The notes: generated from the sequence alone by a model not told the origin. A stretch of 64,000 bases of DNA from Deferribacterales bacterium (GCA_050251875.1 JBFWMA010000002.1:1-64000), one strand, 5' to 3'; shown: positions 27,701-37,079, counted from the first letter of the stretch. Translations and numbers: made by a program.

Positions 27701-30326
27701 CGCCGAATACGCAGACTCTGACGGCTCTGAATTCCATTACTTTATAATAAAGGACGTACCGGTCGGATGGTATCTTACCAATGCCGAAAACAACGGTGAC
27801 GGCTCATGGTATGTCACAGAGGCTAACCTCAGCAGTGTCGGCGTTTACGCAACGGCTAACCTCGGTTCATACACGCTGACCCTCGAAGGATACTCCATAG
27901 AAGCGTCCAACGGAGACATCACAGACAACCCGTCCACACACAGCATAACAGTGGAAGTGACAGGGACATGCTCCGGCTCCGGAACATGGAAATACGCTCA
28001 GGATCCCAGTCTCGCTCTGGACACCGTGCGCACCACAGAAGACACGTCTTCTCTGACTCTGGCTGATTTCATTAACGAGGCGGGCACACACACCAACGAC
28101 AGTGACGGCGGTTCGGAACAGCTGGTTCTTATCATAAAAGATCTGCCTGCGGGCATGGAGCTTACATCCGCCACGCACGATCTGGTGTATTACACCGATG
28201 AGAACGGCAAAGACTGTGTCCGTATATCGCTGAATAATAACGGCACCAACACCGCCGCTCTCACAGCAGAGCTTCAGGGGATAGGAGTCACAGTTCCCGC
28301 CGATTTCAGCGGCGACCTCACTTTCGAGGTTGACGCTATCGCTCTGGAAACGTTCGACTCTCCCCGCATAGACGCCAGCGCCCCGGTGACAGACACTGCG
28401 GAACTCTATCTCTCTCCGGTGGCAGACGGCATAGACGTTGCGTCACTTATGAGCGTAATCACGGAAGACACTCTCACCGCTCTTAAATTCAGCATATCGT
28501 CTCTGGATACATACACAGATGCGTCAGACCTTGCCGAAAGCATGAGCAGCATAAGGATACATATAGACAACGGAACACTGACTAACTCCGCCGGCGTGTC
28601 TCTGGGCAACGACATAACAGTCACCATAGACTCTAACAACAACATATTTTACGGAGCTCAGCAGGTTTTTGTAAAACCCGGCAGCCAGACCACAGACACG
28701 GTAACGATAACCGTGACTGCTAATTCCACCGACAACAGCACAGTGGAAGGCTCATCGGTCAATGATACTCATAATAACTGGACAGACAGCTTTACTGTGG
28801 GTGTTTCATCATCCCCCGACCCGGCAGGCTCCACGGACGGAAGCGGAGATGTCTCCACTCTGTCTGTCGCAGACGCCGCAGGAGATGAAGACACGGCGAT
28901 ACAGCTTAATATCACTGCTGTTTTCCCCGACATGGACGGTTCCGAGATACACTCTCTCAAACTCACTGGAATCCCGGACGGCGCTCTGATTGTGGATTCT
29001 TCCGGAAACGCTATCGGTCAGAACAACGGTGACGGCACATGGAATGTTCCGATCGCTTCTCTGGGCAATATATATTTTATTCCGTCCCCTAACTTCAGCG
29101 GCACGGTGACGCTCGGGCTGACAGCCTATGCCATCGAAAAAGACACCTTTGCTTCCGCTGAACACAGCGTCACTTTTGACGTGAATGTCACCCCCGTTGC
29201 TGACGGAGTGGTAATCACCACCCACAACGCTTCAGGAAACGAGGGAGGCTATATCCGCCCCGCAGGAGACACAGGTTTCCTCGAGGGAGCGCTGATAGAG
29301 ACGGAGAACTATCTCCAGTCAACATATTACGATCCCGCAAACCTCCAAAGCTCCATGATGGATGAGCTCTATAAAGTCATCTTCACCGGAGTGGACGCCG
29401 GAATGAGTTTTTATTATCAGGACGGCAACGGCAGTTATGTCCTGCTTCAGGATATAGACGCCGCATCTAACACCTATACGGTGGAAGGGCTCACCCAGAG
29501 CCAGCTGGACACACTGTCCATAGTCTCCACAGACACCAGCGGAACTATAGTTCTGAATGCTGAGGTCTTTTCACAGGAGAATGACGGCTCAGGCGGATAC
29601 ATCACCTCTGCCGCATCTGAGACAGGCACGTTTCAGGTAACCATCGCCTCAGATATTCAGGGGCTGGAGGCTATAGACTTTGCCCGCAGCACCACAGGCA
29701 GCGCATCTGACTTCACACTGTCATATCAGGACGGAGACGGAAGCGAAAGCATCAGCGGGAACGTCACCATTACAACCGATGCAGCACTGAACCACGGCAC
29801 AGACAACGGTGACGGCACATGGACGCTGACATCGGCACAGCTTGCGGGGCTCACCATAACACCCGGTTCCGACAGCGCATTCAATGTGACAGTTTCCGCA
29901 AACATCACAGAAGGAAGCGCCACAGAGGCGCAGGTGATAACAGTTCACTACGGCTCCGGCAGTAATGACACGTTCAGTTACGTTGACGGCGACTATTATG
30001 ACGGCTGGCAGGGTACAGACACAGTCAACATGAGCGGACAGTCCATAAACCTGGAGCTGATCTCTGCACCCATGACAAATATCGAAAACATCAACATGAC
30101 AACAGGCTCTAACAGCATCACCAACCTGAGCGTCAATGATTTCATCGATATGGCCGGCGACACGGACACCATCACCATCACAGGCGACAGCAACGACACG
30201 GTTTCGCTGAAAAACGGAGACGGCGGCGACTGGGCAGACGGCGGAGTATCAGGCGGATTCCACATTTATCAGTATGACGGACACACCATAAAAATAGATG
30301 TTGATATTAATACGGCAGTTTCTTAG
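21759..30326 (+). CDS. giant T1SS-secreted repetitive adhesin (LapA/Bap-like)
   Basis: Retention-module-like N-terminus, many Thr/Asp/Ser-rich Ig-like repeats (EDT...DTDGSE...VTPVAD), no Sec signal, T1SS genes downstream; ATG 21759 after AGAGGT. Confidence 0.88.
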   Translation: MKNIIAHVKNVTGTYYAISADGTKRLLAAGDPIYEGDAVYSRNGNSSETDFIQLSYTNGEQVTLTDSSYFLVDSNVAGSDNTSVQRNYPEHTDEKREVLRGHAEDTHDDEPAQLRPNFGAPAEHVDAKVITYDTIPDDLPEEQYDTAPPLSEGYAPGDNPASTPPAPDIYAPIISGLENQVYTENSDPVVLNSHITLTDADGSTIAGTVVEIADFVSGDILSYTPMYGITGSYDPSTGMLTLTGNATAEQYQAVLETISYSSTSDDPTVNDTEPTRDIVWTITDTANNSSTYSTMIAITALTDHPVIDAETTIALNSGETEVTVSGSLTLTDVDDTEITGATVEISSGFALGDRLNFSDQNGITGLYNSATGVLTLSGTATVEEYEAALRSVQYENLSGMGGVNRVVTWTVYDADSDLAGTGVGTSVSVITPNALSIPDNVSASGDKDDANIPITLTAQDTDSEIAAFKLTSLPTNGTLYLDAAMTQAVQVNTEYAATNETLTLYFKPDYTAAPGSGVTNPYGADKYTSGSVSFTYLSIDDENGTEYSATAGTATITVDDVPYAHTAADVTITEKDYDAVADVTVNGNLKTDGGAGNYSAGYDYIPSNGATVHQVQYYDVNGNLQTAAMTGSSVTVSTQYGELTVQNTGAYTYTLSSNIDHSASETVSEVFYYNLIDGDGDISNTASQTIKITDGTDPSVVSISDQAVYEKYLPSGTEPDPAQTTVSGTINVADGSDSTDITFSPSNIAYLNSLGLQSGGAGLTYSISADGHTLTAYKAGTSDTVFSVTITNPDAEAAGYDFTLEKSLDTSDDVPLSLSVTVTDSDGDHDSDGFTVTVYNNTVPTDQTLSVNEDSSASINTVSDMISVSLNDPAHGSVSYSDGKITYTPDADYSGTDTFTYTTVTELGSFSTTVTVTVDPVADAPTWSGTTSYSTDEDTQVSLTGLVLPVITDTDTPHTEKLGYITITDLESGTKILDSHGTVLFTSDGSNTMKIVLVDGGGAVDTAYHYTGLSTTGANVAAMTIAEYQSMQILPAHDTGTDIDMTVSAVSYEVDGSGAPIGTVTGAESSTTVHVEVNAVTDTVDISLTGASTVAIPATEDGWINIGQYFTFTTGDNTDGSEAQTITISGLPADFFYSTTGTGAGTLVGSDNSITVTIPAGGATSASIYIKTPTNSDADYSSLVLTATVASKDSDSDSTVTTDTETDSVNLTADITVTGVADAVTITAAAVNGPEDTKIPFTVSADLTDTDGSESISTVVISNIPAGAKVYDSLGNELTVSGGSVTVTAYDSDASSSYAGTFSILPPQDYNGSITLTVSVTTLETGGDTLTTDKTLTIDVKGVVDTTLGDNDTIDAGRLYVELDNTLTTGAATTFSTDEDTRVDLGIVLKSYENVTNGSADNSEVITVVIQNTATGDGSGFTIVDSAGNQIGTRVYNGWLLTEAQAESAHFLPGEDFGGTLNLAMITTVKDMDGSTVDDVNTQTDLFTVNVTPVADVPDIIVRDVFTSEDHAVSLDIRPQINDIDGSEDVISVKVDNIPPGAVIKLSDGTTVFINDTASDASYTFTVGGSTETGHSASGSTGGTITLADLSDLTFTPPPHFNGSIDLLVTPLVQENTNSSQASNPVTVTVYSQGVADTPYITIHDSADNIIALNGSDMSDGGTYNFLGTDTQPAIRITGDERTASNGLTGIPFGISAESSEHIVSITTSDSPAYSSVADGSDDSETISYIMNNVPDDIRLVDSSGNLVGTYMGAGDTAGTKQWALTETEIQGLLFQAPEKYSGVFEMTLTTIVTENDGDKTSVDTVFTLDIKPEITTTESQVILDSTGSEDGLIVLNFGNSDDQSEEISYIKIAATGSIPDGFTLMVYNGSAWVAASDANHDGYYDISVAQYLSGYAALQVNSGGVWANKDTTYGSPAIPEITGIIIGINDLTDGGSTETDAEVTGNMGIFIDAVADAPTLGNSAGSANGTCFSTFDMNLAAEYADSDGSEFHYFIIKDVPVGWYLTNAENNGDGSWYVTEANLSSVGVYATANLGSYTLTLEGYSIEASNGDITDNPSTHSITVEVTGTCSGSGTWKYAQDPSLALDTVRTTEDTSSLTLADFINEAGTHTNDSDGGSEQLVLIIKDLPAGMELTSATHDLVYYTDENGKDCVRISLNNNGTNTAALTAELQGIGVTVPADFSGDLTFEVDAIALETFDSPRIDASAPVTDTAELYLSPVADGIDVASLMSVITEDTLTALKFSISSLDTYTDASDLAESMSSIRIHIDNGTLTNSAGVSLGNDITVTIDSNNNIFYGAQQVFVKPGSQTTDTVTITVTANSTDNSTVEGSSVNDTHNNWTDSFTVGVSSSPDPAGSTDGSGDVSTLSVADAAGDEDTAIQLNITAVFPDMDGSEIHSLKLTGIPDGALIVDSSGNAIGQNNGDGTWNVPIASLGNIYFIPSPNFSGTVTLGLTAYAIEKDTFASAEHSVTFDVNVTPVADGVVITTHNASGNEGGYIRPAGDTGFLEGALIETENYLQSTYYDPANLQSSMMDELYKVIFTGVDAGMSFYYQDGNGSYVLLQDIDAASNTYTVEGLTQSQLDTLSIVSTDTSGTIVLNAEVFSQENDGSGGYITSAASETGTFQVTIASDIQGLEAIDFARSTTGSASDFTLSYQDGDGSESISGNVTITTDAALNHGTDNGDGTWTLTSAQLAGLTITPGSDSAFNVTVSANITEGSATEAQVITVHYGSGSNDTFSYVDGDYYDGWQGTDTVNMSGQSINLELISAPMTNIENINMTTGSNSITNLSVNDFIDMAGDTDTITITGDSNDTVSLKNGDGGDWADGGVSGGFHIYQYDGHTIKIDVDINTAVS

Positions 30327-30336
30327 GAGGAAAAAA

Positions 30337-32571
30337 GTGAGAGGATTATTATTAAGCGCACTTCTTTTTATTTCTACAAGTGCGTGGTCGGCAACTTTGC
30401 AGGAATTAACGGGGGAGGTTGCTAACTCTAACCCGTCTGTGCAGGAAAAACTGAAGAACTATAAGTCTGTTTATCAGGAATATGAAAAGGCGAAAGGCGG
30501 CTATCTGCCCACACTCGACTTTTATGCGGGTATAGGTCACGAATGGGTGAACAACTCTAACTCAGGATGGGAAAACAAAGACAGCGATGTGTCTCAGGCC
30601 AGACTTGTTCTGAGAGAGGATATCTTTAAAGGATTCGGCACGCAGAATGATATTAAAAAATCACAGGCGAAGCTGGAATCAGCAAAAAACCAGTATTTCG
30701 ACCAGATAAACCGCATATCGTTCGAAACATCTCAGCAGTATCTGACTGTTCTTAGAAATCAGGTGGTTTACGACAATTCAAACGAGATAATCAAAAGACA
30801 GAAAGAATACTTAAACATCATAAAAGACAGAGTGGACTCAGGCGTTGATCTCGCTTCTGATCTGGAAAGAGCAAACGCAAAACTGGCTAATCTGGAAGCC
30901 GACAACATTATGAAAGAGAACGACTACAAAGAATCTCTCATAAAACTCGGCAAACTGCTCGGACGCTACATAGACGGCAGAGAGCTGGTAAAGCCTGATT
31001 TCGATGATTCACTGGTGCCGGTCAGCCTTCAGGCGGGCATGGACAATATGAAAATAACAAACCCCATGCTGGCATCTGTCCACAACGACATCGACTATCA
31101 GAAATTCAACAAAAAGCAGAGCGAGAAAGAGTATTATCCTTACATATACGCTGAGCTTTCACACGACCTGAACAACGATATGGGCGGTGTGGACGGTTTC
31201 GAAAGAGAGACCAGAGCTATGCTGATGCTTCAGTATAACCTGTTCAACGGCATAAAAGACAAGAGAGAGGTGCAGAAGAACACCAGCCTTATCTTCAAAG
31301 CGGTGGACACGAAAAACCGTGTGGCAAGAGACCTGGCAAACGATTATCAGCTCACATGGTCCGCCCACAATATGCTCGGCAGACAGGTAGAGTTTCTCAA
31401 CAGAAACAAAAACGCTCTGTATAAAGTGCTTAAAACCTACAAAAATGAATATAAGCTCGGCAAAAGAAAGATTGTCGACATAATAGACCTCGAAAATGAA
31501 ATTTTTTCAGTGGATACGAAGATTCTTGCGGCAAACTATGAAATTCTGACGCTGAAATTCAAGATTCTTTACACTCTGGGCGTTCTGCCCGAGGCTCTCC
31601 GGATAGCCACTCCCATAAAATACGGAGACACTGAACAGCCCGAAATGCTGGACAAGCTCCCCGTGAGCATGGATATGGACGAGGATAAGATAAATGACGC
31701 AACCGACTTCTGTCAGACCTCCAAAGGGAACGAGGTCGCAAGCGGATGTGACGCGAAAACCACAGACGCTTTTCTGACACATCCTTTTCAGGAGCCGAAA
31801 GCCGAAATGCAGTCATTCACAGTGTCCGCTCCGGAAGAGCTTCAGAACAGAAAACTGGAAAAAAACACTATAATGACAACAGGCATACAGTTCTTTGAAA
31901 AGAATTCGGAAGAGCTCAGCCAGGATGCTGTACTGCTCTCCAGAGAGATAGTGACTCAGCTCCGCAAACTCAGCAACAACAACACTATCGAGATAAAGGT
32001 ATATTCCGCCGACAACGGTTCTGAGGATGTGGACTACATCCTGTCTTCCAAAAGAGCATATAACTTTTACCGCATACTGATAAAGAACAACATCAGCCAG
32101 TCAGCCGTCATATCTTTCGGAAAGAGCTATCCCGCCGACAAAAAAGATATGCCTATGAACTATATAACTATATCTGTGAAAGACTCTGCCGAGGTATCTG
32201 ACGGTGTGTATGACATCTTCACCAACTCAGACATATCTTTCAGAGGCAAAGGGCTGGAAAAAACATCAGAAACAGGCTCGCCGGACGCCGCATTTATGGG
32301 AACACTCTCGCAGTATGCCCTGATGTCAAAGAAATCCGGTGATAATGTCGCTCTGGACGTTGTTAACTTCAGCTATGACAAAAAATCCGCCGTAGCCAAC
32401 AAAGAGGCAAGCGACAAGAGAGCGGAGATAATAGCCGGCAAACTGAAAGAGATAGGCATGGGCAATGTGAAAATCACTTCATTCGGAATAGATTACGAAT
32501 TGGGCGATGATATCGTAGACAGCGCTATGTCGCTGAAAAACAGAACCTATCTTATCATGCATACCAGATAA
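30337..32571 (+). CDS. TolC family outer membrane protein (LapE/AggA-like) with C-terminal OmpA-like extension
   Basis: Signal peptide, GGYLPTLD, YKLGKRKIVDII; LSSKRA and ASDKRA motifs; GTG 30337 after AGGAGG. Confidence 0.85.
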   Translation: MRGLLLSALLFISTSAWSATLQELTGEVANSNPSVQEKLKNYKSVYQEYEKAKGGYLPTLDFYAGIGHEWVNNSNSGWENKDSDVSQARLVLREDIFKGFGTQNDIKKSQAKLESAKNQYFDQINRISFETSQQYLTVLRNQVVYDNSNEIIKRQKEYLNIIKDRVDSGVDLASDLERANAKLANLEADNIMKENDYKESLIKLGKLLGRYIDGRELVKPDFDDSLVPVSLQAGMDNMKITNPMLASVHNDIDYQKFNKKQSEKEYYPYIYAELSHDLNNDMGGVDGFERETRAMLMLQYNLFNGIKDKREVQKNTSLIFKAVDTKNRVARDLANDYQLTWSAHNMLGRQVEFLNRNKNALYKVLKTYKNEYKLGKRKIVDIIDLENEIFSVDTKILAANYEILTLKFKILYTLGVLPEALRIATPIKYGDTEQPEMLDKLPVSMDMDEDKINDATDFCQTSKGNEVASGCDAKTTDAFLTHPFQEPKAEMQSFTVSAPEELQNRKLEKNTIMTTGIQFFEKNSEELSQDAVLLSREIVTQLRKLSNNNTIEIKVYSADNGSEDVDYILSSKRAYNFYRILIKNNISQSAVISFGKSYPADKKDMPMNYITISVKDSAEVSDGVYDIFTNSDISFRGKGLEKTSETGSPDAAFMGTLSQYALMSKKSGDNVALDVVNFSYDKKSAVANKEASDKRAEIIAGKLKEIGMGNVKITSFGIDYELGDDIVDSAMSLKNRTYLIMHTR

Positions 32572-32579
32572 GCGCTTTC

Positions 32580-32611
32580 GCCGGAGGATTTTTTTGATCC
32601 TCCGGCTTTTT
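32580..32611 (+). terminator. intra-cluster terminator-like hairpin
   Basis: GCCGGAGGAT-loop-ATCCTCCGGC-TTTTT. Confidence 0.7.
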
Positions 32612-32628
32612 ATTGACTCGGAGCTGTA

Positions 32629-34749
32629 ATGGAAAATATAGAGATTAATAACGAAAGCCTTTATAAGACTTTCATATTCTTCATTCATAAATACGCAAAA
32701 AATATATCTGAAGCATCTGTTCTGACGGGTATCCCTGTAAAATACGGACAGAAAATCCCCGAAATGCTCTCTTTCTCAGGCGGAAAGAGCAACATCTCGC
32801 TCATGGCGAAAAGATGCGGAATGAGAACTAAACTCATTGATAAAAATCCGGCGGATATAAATCCGGACGCGTTTCCCCTTATTGGTTTTGATAAAAGCGG
32901 AATGTCTTTTGTAATCGAATATAACACTGACGGCACCTTCACACGCACAGCGGAGAGCGGCTCGTCAGAAAGATTATCACAGGCGGAGCTGAGAGATTCA
33001 TTCCTGACCTCAGCCCTGCTTCTTAAAAAAGAGCTGATAAAATCAGACGACACAAAAAAGGACAAGAAGTGGTTCTTCGAGGCGCTCTGGCTGTCCAGAT
33101 GGATATACGCCGATGTTCTCGCAGCGTCACTTTTCATCAACCTGTTCGGCATCGTTACCCCTCTCTTTACCATGAACGTATACGACCGCATAGTTCCCAA
33201 CCATGCGGTGGAGTCCCTGTGGGCTCTGTCCGCAGGCATTGTGATTGTCTTTATTTTTGATTTTGTGCTGAAATATCTCAGGCATCATTTTCTGGAAATA
33301 TCCGCCAAGAAGACGGACATGCTCCTTTCTGGCAAACTGTTTAAAAAGGTGATGGATCTCGGCATGAAAGACAGACCGAAGGTCATAGGCTCTTTTGCGT
33401 CAAACATCAAAGACTTTGATATGATTCGCAATTTCATGTCGTCCTCGTCCATATCCGTGTTCGTGGATTTTCCTTTTATGATTATCTTTCTTCTGCTGAT
33501 AAGCTACATAGCAGGGTTCATAGTCCTCATCCCCATAGCTATCAACATCATCACACTCGTGTATGCTTTCATCATCAAAAGACCGATGCAGAATCTGGTG
33601 CAGGAGAACTACACCATATCATCCCACAAGAACGGGATGCTCATAGAATCGCTGAAAATGATAGAAACGATAAAATCGTTCAATTTTCACAAGTATAAGA
33701 TGTGGGAATGGGACGAAACAGTGGCAAAGGCGGCCGATCATAGCAAAAAGCTGAAGAGCTATTCATATACGCTGAATACTTTTTTCAATTTCATGGTAAA
33801 CCTGAACACCGTGCTTATAGTCATAGCGGGCGTATATCTGATAGCCGACCTTAGGCTGACCACTGGCGGGCTGATAGCCAGCGTTATGCTGGGTTCCAGA
33901 ACCGTAGCTCCCCTCGGTCAGTTCATATCGCTGATAATCACATATGAGCAGGCAAAGGTAGCCTATGAAGGTATAGACAACATCATGCAGAAAGATTCCG
34001 AGATATTTGGCAAAGACACTTTTGTGGATATTCCCGACTTCAAAGGCGACATCGTTTTTAACAACGTGAGCTTTAAATATTTTGAAGAAGGAAATTACGC
34101 ATTACAAAACGTAAGCCTTCACATAAAAGCGGGCGAAAAAGTAGCTGTTCTGGGCAAGATGGGGTCAGGCAAAACCACACTCCAAAAGCTCCTGCTGGGA
34201 TTTTATAAACCCACGGACGGGGAAATTCTGCTGGACGGAATAAACGTGTCCCAGATAAACCCCGTGGCACTCAGAGACACCATCGCATACGTTCCCCAGA
34301 ATGTTGAGCTTTTCAGAGGGACGCTGAAGGACAATATCGTGCTGAGAAACACAGGCGCAGAGGATTCCGAGATTATTAACGCTCTGAACACCGCATGCCT
34401 CGGAGGCTTTATCAGCAGACATCCCAGAGGCATAGCCGCCGAGATTGACGAAGACGGACATAACCTTTCCGGCGGACAGAAACAGTCCATCACCATCGCC
34501 AGAGCTTTCATAGGCAAGAGCCGCATAGCCCTCCTGGACGAACCCACGGACGGCATCGACTTCAACACGGAAGCCCAGATTATCAGCAATCTTCAGACGG
34601 CGTTGAAAGACAAAACCGTCTTTCTCATCACCCATAAAAACAATCTGCTGAAGATGGTGGACAGGGTGATAGTGCTGGACGAGGGCAGAGTGGTTTTTGA
34701 CGGTGCGAAAGAGGATATGTTCAGGAAATTTACAGAGAAGGTGTCTTAA
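32629..34749 (+). CDS. T1SS permease/ATPase (LapB-like)
   Basis: MNVYDRIVP, GKMGSGKT, LSGGQ, LLDEPT. Confidence 0.92.
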   Translation: MENIEINNESLYKTFIFFIHKYAKNISEASVLTGIPVKYGQKIPEMLSFSGGKSNISLMAKRCGMRTKLIDKNPADINPDAFPLIGFDKSGMSFVIEYNTDGTFTRTAESGSSERLSQAELRDSFLTSALLLKKELIKSDDTKKDKKWFFEALWLSRWIYADVLAASLFINLFGIVTPLFTMNVYDRIVPNHAVESLWALSAGIVIVFIFDFVLKYLRHHFLEISAKKTDMLLSGKLFKKVMDLGMKDRPKVIGSFASNIKDFDMIRNFMSSSSISVFVDFPFMIIFLLLISYIAGFIVLIPIAINIITLVYAFIIKRPMQNLVQENYTISSHKNGMLIESLKMIETIKSFNFHKYKMWEWDETVAKAADHSKKLKSYSYTLNTFFNFMVNLNTVLIVIAGVYLIADLRLTTGGLIASVMLGSRTVAPLGQFISLIITYEQAKVAYEGIDNIMQKDSEIFGKDTFVDIPDFKGDIVFNNVSFKYFEEGNYALQNVSLHIKAGEKVAVLGKMGSGKTTLQKLLLGFYKPTDGEILLDGINVSQINPVALRDTIAYVPQNVELFRGTLKDNIVLRNTGAEDSEIINALNTACLGGFISRHPRGIAAEIDEDGHNLSGGQKQSITIARAFIGKSRIALLDEPTDGIDFNTEAQIISNLQTALKDKTVFLITHKNNLLKMVDRVIVLDEGRVVFDGAKEDMFRKFTEKVS

Positions 34750-36081
34750 GTGTTTAAGTCAGTTAAGCTGAAAGAAGCAGATTTTATATCCATAGAAAAC
34801 GCGTCACTCTATGAAACGCATTCGAAACCGTCCCGAATGATACTGTGGGGAATAATCCTGTTTATACTTTCGATCACCCTATGGGCGTCACTGGCTCAGG
34901 TGGACGAAATAGTCCGCAGCAGCGGTAAAATTATTCCGTCCAGACACGTTCAGGTCATCCAGAACCTCGAAGGAGGGATAGTGGCGAATATTTACGTTCA
35001 GCCGGGCGATGTGGTTTCTAAGGGGCAGAAGCTGATAAAAATAGACAACAAGGTCTATGAAACAGGTCTGGGAGAAAACACCGTCAGCGCAAACGGATTA
35101 AAAGCGAGAGCCGTCAGGCTGTATGCAGAAAGCAACGGGCTTTCCATGGCTGATGCGCAGAAGAGGCTGAAGTATATGGATATTCCAAAAGAGCTTTTTC
35201 TGAACGAGACAGACCTCTATAACAAAGACATGAGCGCTCTGAAAACCGATAAATATATCATTCAGGAACAGATTAATCAGGTGGTGATACGCAATCAGGA
35301 GCTGACATCCAGAATAAAAAGCCTGAAAGACACTCTGGAACTCACCAACAGAGAGATTTCCATGACAGAGCCGATGGTTTACAGAGGCGCCGCCTCCAAA
35401 GTGGATCTGATTAAGCTGAAAAAAGAATATACATCAACCGCTTCGGATATTGAATCATCTCAGATTAAGATGCGGGAGAATACCGCCAGCGTTCAGGAAT
35501 ACAGACAGAAACTGAACCAGAAAGACAGCGAATTCCGCAGTAAGGCGCAGGAGAACTATAACCTGGCGTCTGCGGACATCAATAAATTATCCGAGAAGAT
35601 CAGCGGATTTGAGGATCAGGTCTCCAGAAGCGAAGTCGTCTCACCCGTGGAAGGCATCGTCAAACAGGTGTATATCAACACTCTGGGGGGCGTAATCAAG
35701 CCCGGCATGGACATTATGGAGATAGTGCCTCTGGGCGATAAGCTGGAGGTGGAGGCGAAGATCAAGCCTTCGGACATCGGATTTATCCACGAAGGGCAGA
35801 AAGCGCTGATTAAGCTGACGGCATTCGATTTCAGCATATACGGCGGACTGGAAGCAGTGGTGACCCATGTCAGCCCCGACACCACCGTGAACGAGGACGA
35901 GGTATATTACATCGTTAAATTGCAGACTGATTCCAGCGTGATAGTAAAAAACGGCATAAAGCACAAAATCATCCCGGGGATGATTGTCTCAGCGGACATC
36001 ATCACTGGGAAAAAGAGCATCATGAGCTATATCCTGAAACCGATCCTGAAAACCAAACAGGCGGCTTTCACCGAAAGATAA
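34750..36081 (+). CDS. HlyD family T1SS membrane fusion protein
   Basis: IQNLEGGIV, SPVEGIV, YGGLEA, PGMIVSADI. Confidence 0.92.
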   Translation: MFKSVKLKEADFISIENASLYETHSKPSRMILWGIILFILSITLWASLAQVDEIVRSSGKIIPSRHVQVIQNLEGGIVANIYVQPGDVVSKGQKLIKIDNKVYETGLGENTVSANGLKARAVRLYAESNGLSMADAQKRLKYMDIPKELFLNETDLYNKDMSALKTDKYIIQEQINQVVIRNQELTSRIKSLKDTLELTNREISMTEPMVYRGAASKVDLIKLKKEYTSTASDIESSQIKMRENTASVQEYRQKLNQKDSEFRSKAQENYNLASADINKLSEKISGFEDQVSRSEVVSPVEGIVKQVYINTLGGVIKPGMDIMEIVPLGDKLEVEAKIKPSDIGFIHEGQKALIKLTAFDFSIYGGLEAVVTHVSPDTTVNEDEVYYIVKLQTDSSVIVKNGIKHKIIPGMIVSADIITGKKSIMSYILKPILKTKQAAFTER

Positions 36082-36112
36082 AAAAAGCCCTGTCTTTTTA
36101 TAGGGCTTTTTT
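36081..36112 (+). terminator. intrinsic terminator
   Basis: AAAAAAGCCCT...AGGGCTTTTTT. Confidence 0.75.
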
Positions 36113-36277
36113 CGTTTCTGAGATATGATTATGATGAACCCGCTAGATTTGTCTTCAACGTTTTGTCCTTAAAGAAACTTAGTAATAAATTTTGCGCTAA
36201 ATTGCGTGATTTCCAGACTCTCCATTTTTTATATGATACTATTTTTGATGACGTTATAATTTCTTAAGAGGTGCAGG

Positions 36278-37039
36278 ATGAGCAGATTTATTTTTTTGTG
36301 TTTGACTGTTTTTATAGCTTCTTACGGTTTTGCGGGTCAGAAGAATATGAAGATGAGAGTTCCCGCGGAAGAGGTTGACACCACCGAGATTTTTTCAACA
36401 GGAATTATCCCCGGATTTTATAATAACGCCGACTGTACAGGGATTTCGTCACTATTTGCATCGCCCACAAGATATGACGGAAGCCGGAGACCGAATTTCA
36501 GAAATAATGGTCTTCACGGCGGGCTTGATCTTTCTCTTGAACCTGGAACGCCTCTTTTGGCATTTGCCTCTGGCACAGTCATCAGCAAAGGGATGGGAGG
36601 AATGATGACCGGAATCTTTATCTGGACAATCCATACGCCTGAAGACACAGGACTTCCTTTTTATCTCTTTTCAAAATATCAGCACCTCAGCGAGGAGGCG
36701 AATATTTCTGTCGGAGACAGAGTTAAAACAGGCGATGTTATAGGATTTTCAGGTAAGACAGGCACAGAGGGCGGATATTACGGCAGCAGAGGCTATCCCC
36801 ACTTACACTGGACGATTTTTGCGGCAGCATCAGATGAGTATAAGGTGAAGGGCGATAAAGTAATGACAAAAGGCTATCTCGTTGATCCTCTGATTGTTTA
36901 TATCAAAGGTCTTAACTCAGTCGAGCAGAGTATACATCCGGAAGAATCGCAGAAAAATCCTGAGATACCATATGAAATTGAGAACGGCGCTCTGTACCCG
37001 GCTGATGCAAAATTTGTCTGGCCCGTGCGCTGTAAATGA
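36278..37039 (+). CDS. secreted M23 family metallopeptidase
   Basis: HGGLD and PHLH motifs, signal peptide. Confidence 0.88.
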   Translation: MSRFIFLCLTVFIASYGFAGQKNMKMRVPAEEVDTTEIFSTGIIPGFYNNADCTGISSLFASPTRYDGSRRPNFRNNGLHGGLDLSLEPGTPLLAFASGTVISKGMGGMMTGIFIWTIHTPEDTGLPFYLFSKYQHLSEEANISVGDRVKTGDVIGFSGKTGTEGGYYGSRGYPHLHWTIFAAASDEYKVKGDKVMTKGYLVDPLIVYIKGLNSVEQSIHPEESQKNPEIPYEIENGALYPADAKFVWPVRCK

Positions 37040-37079
37040 GAGCTATATTCTTTGTAGCTATAACAGTTTGAATCTCCTG

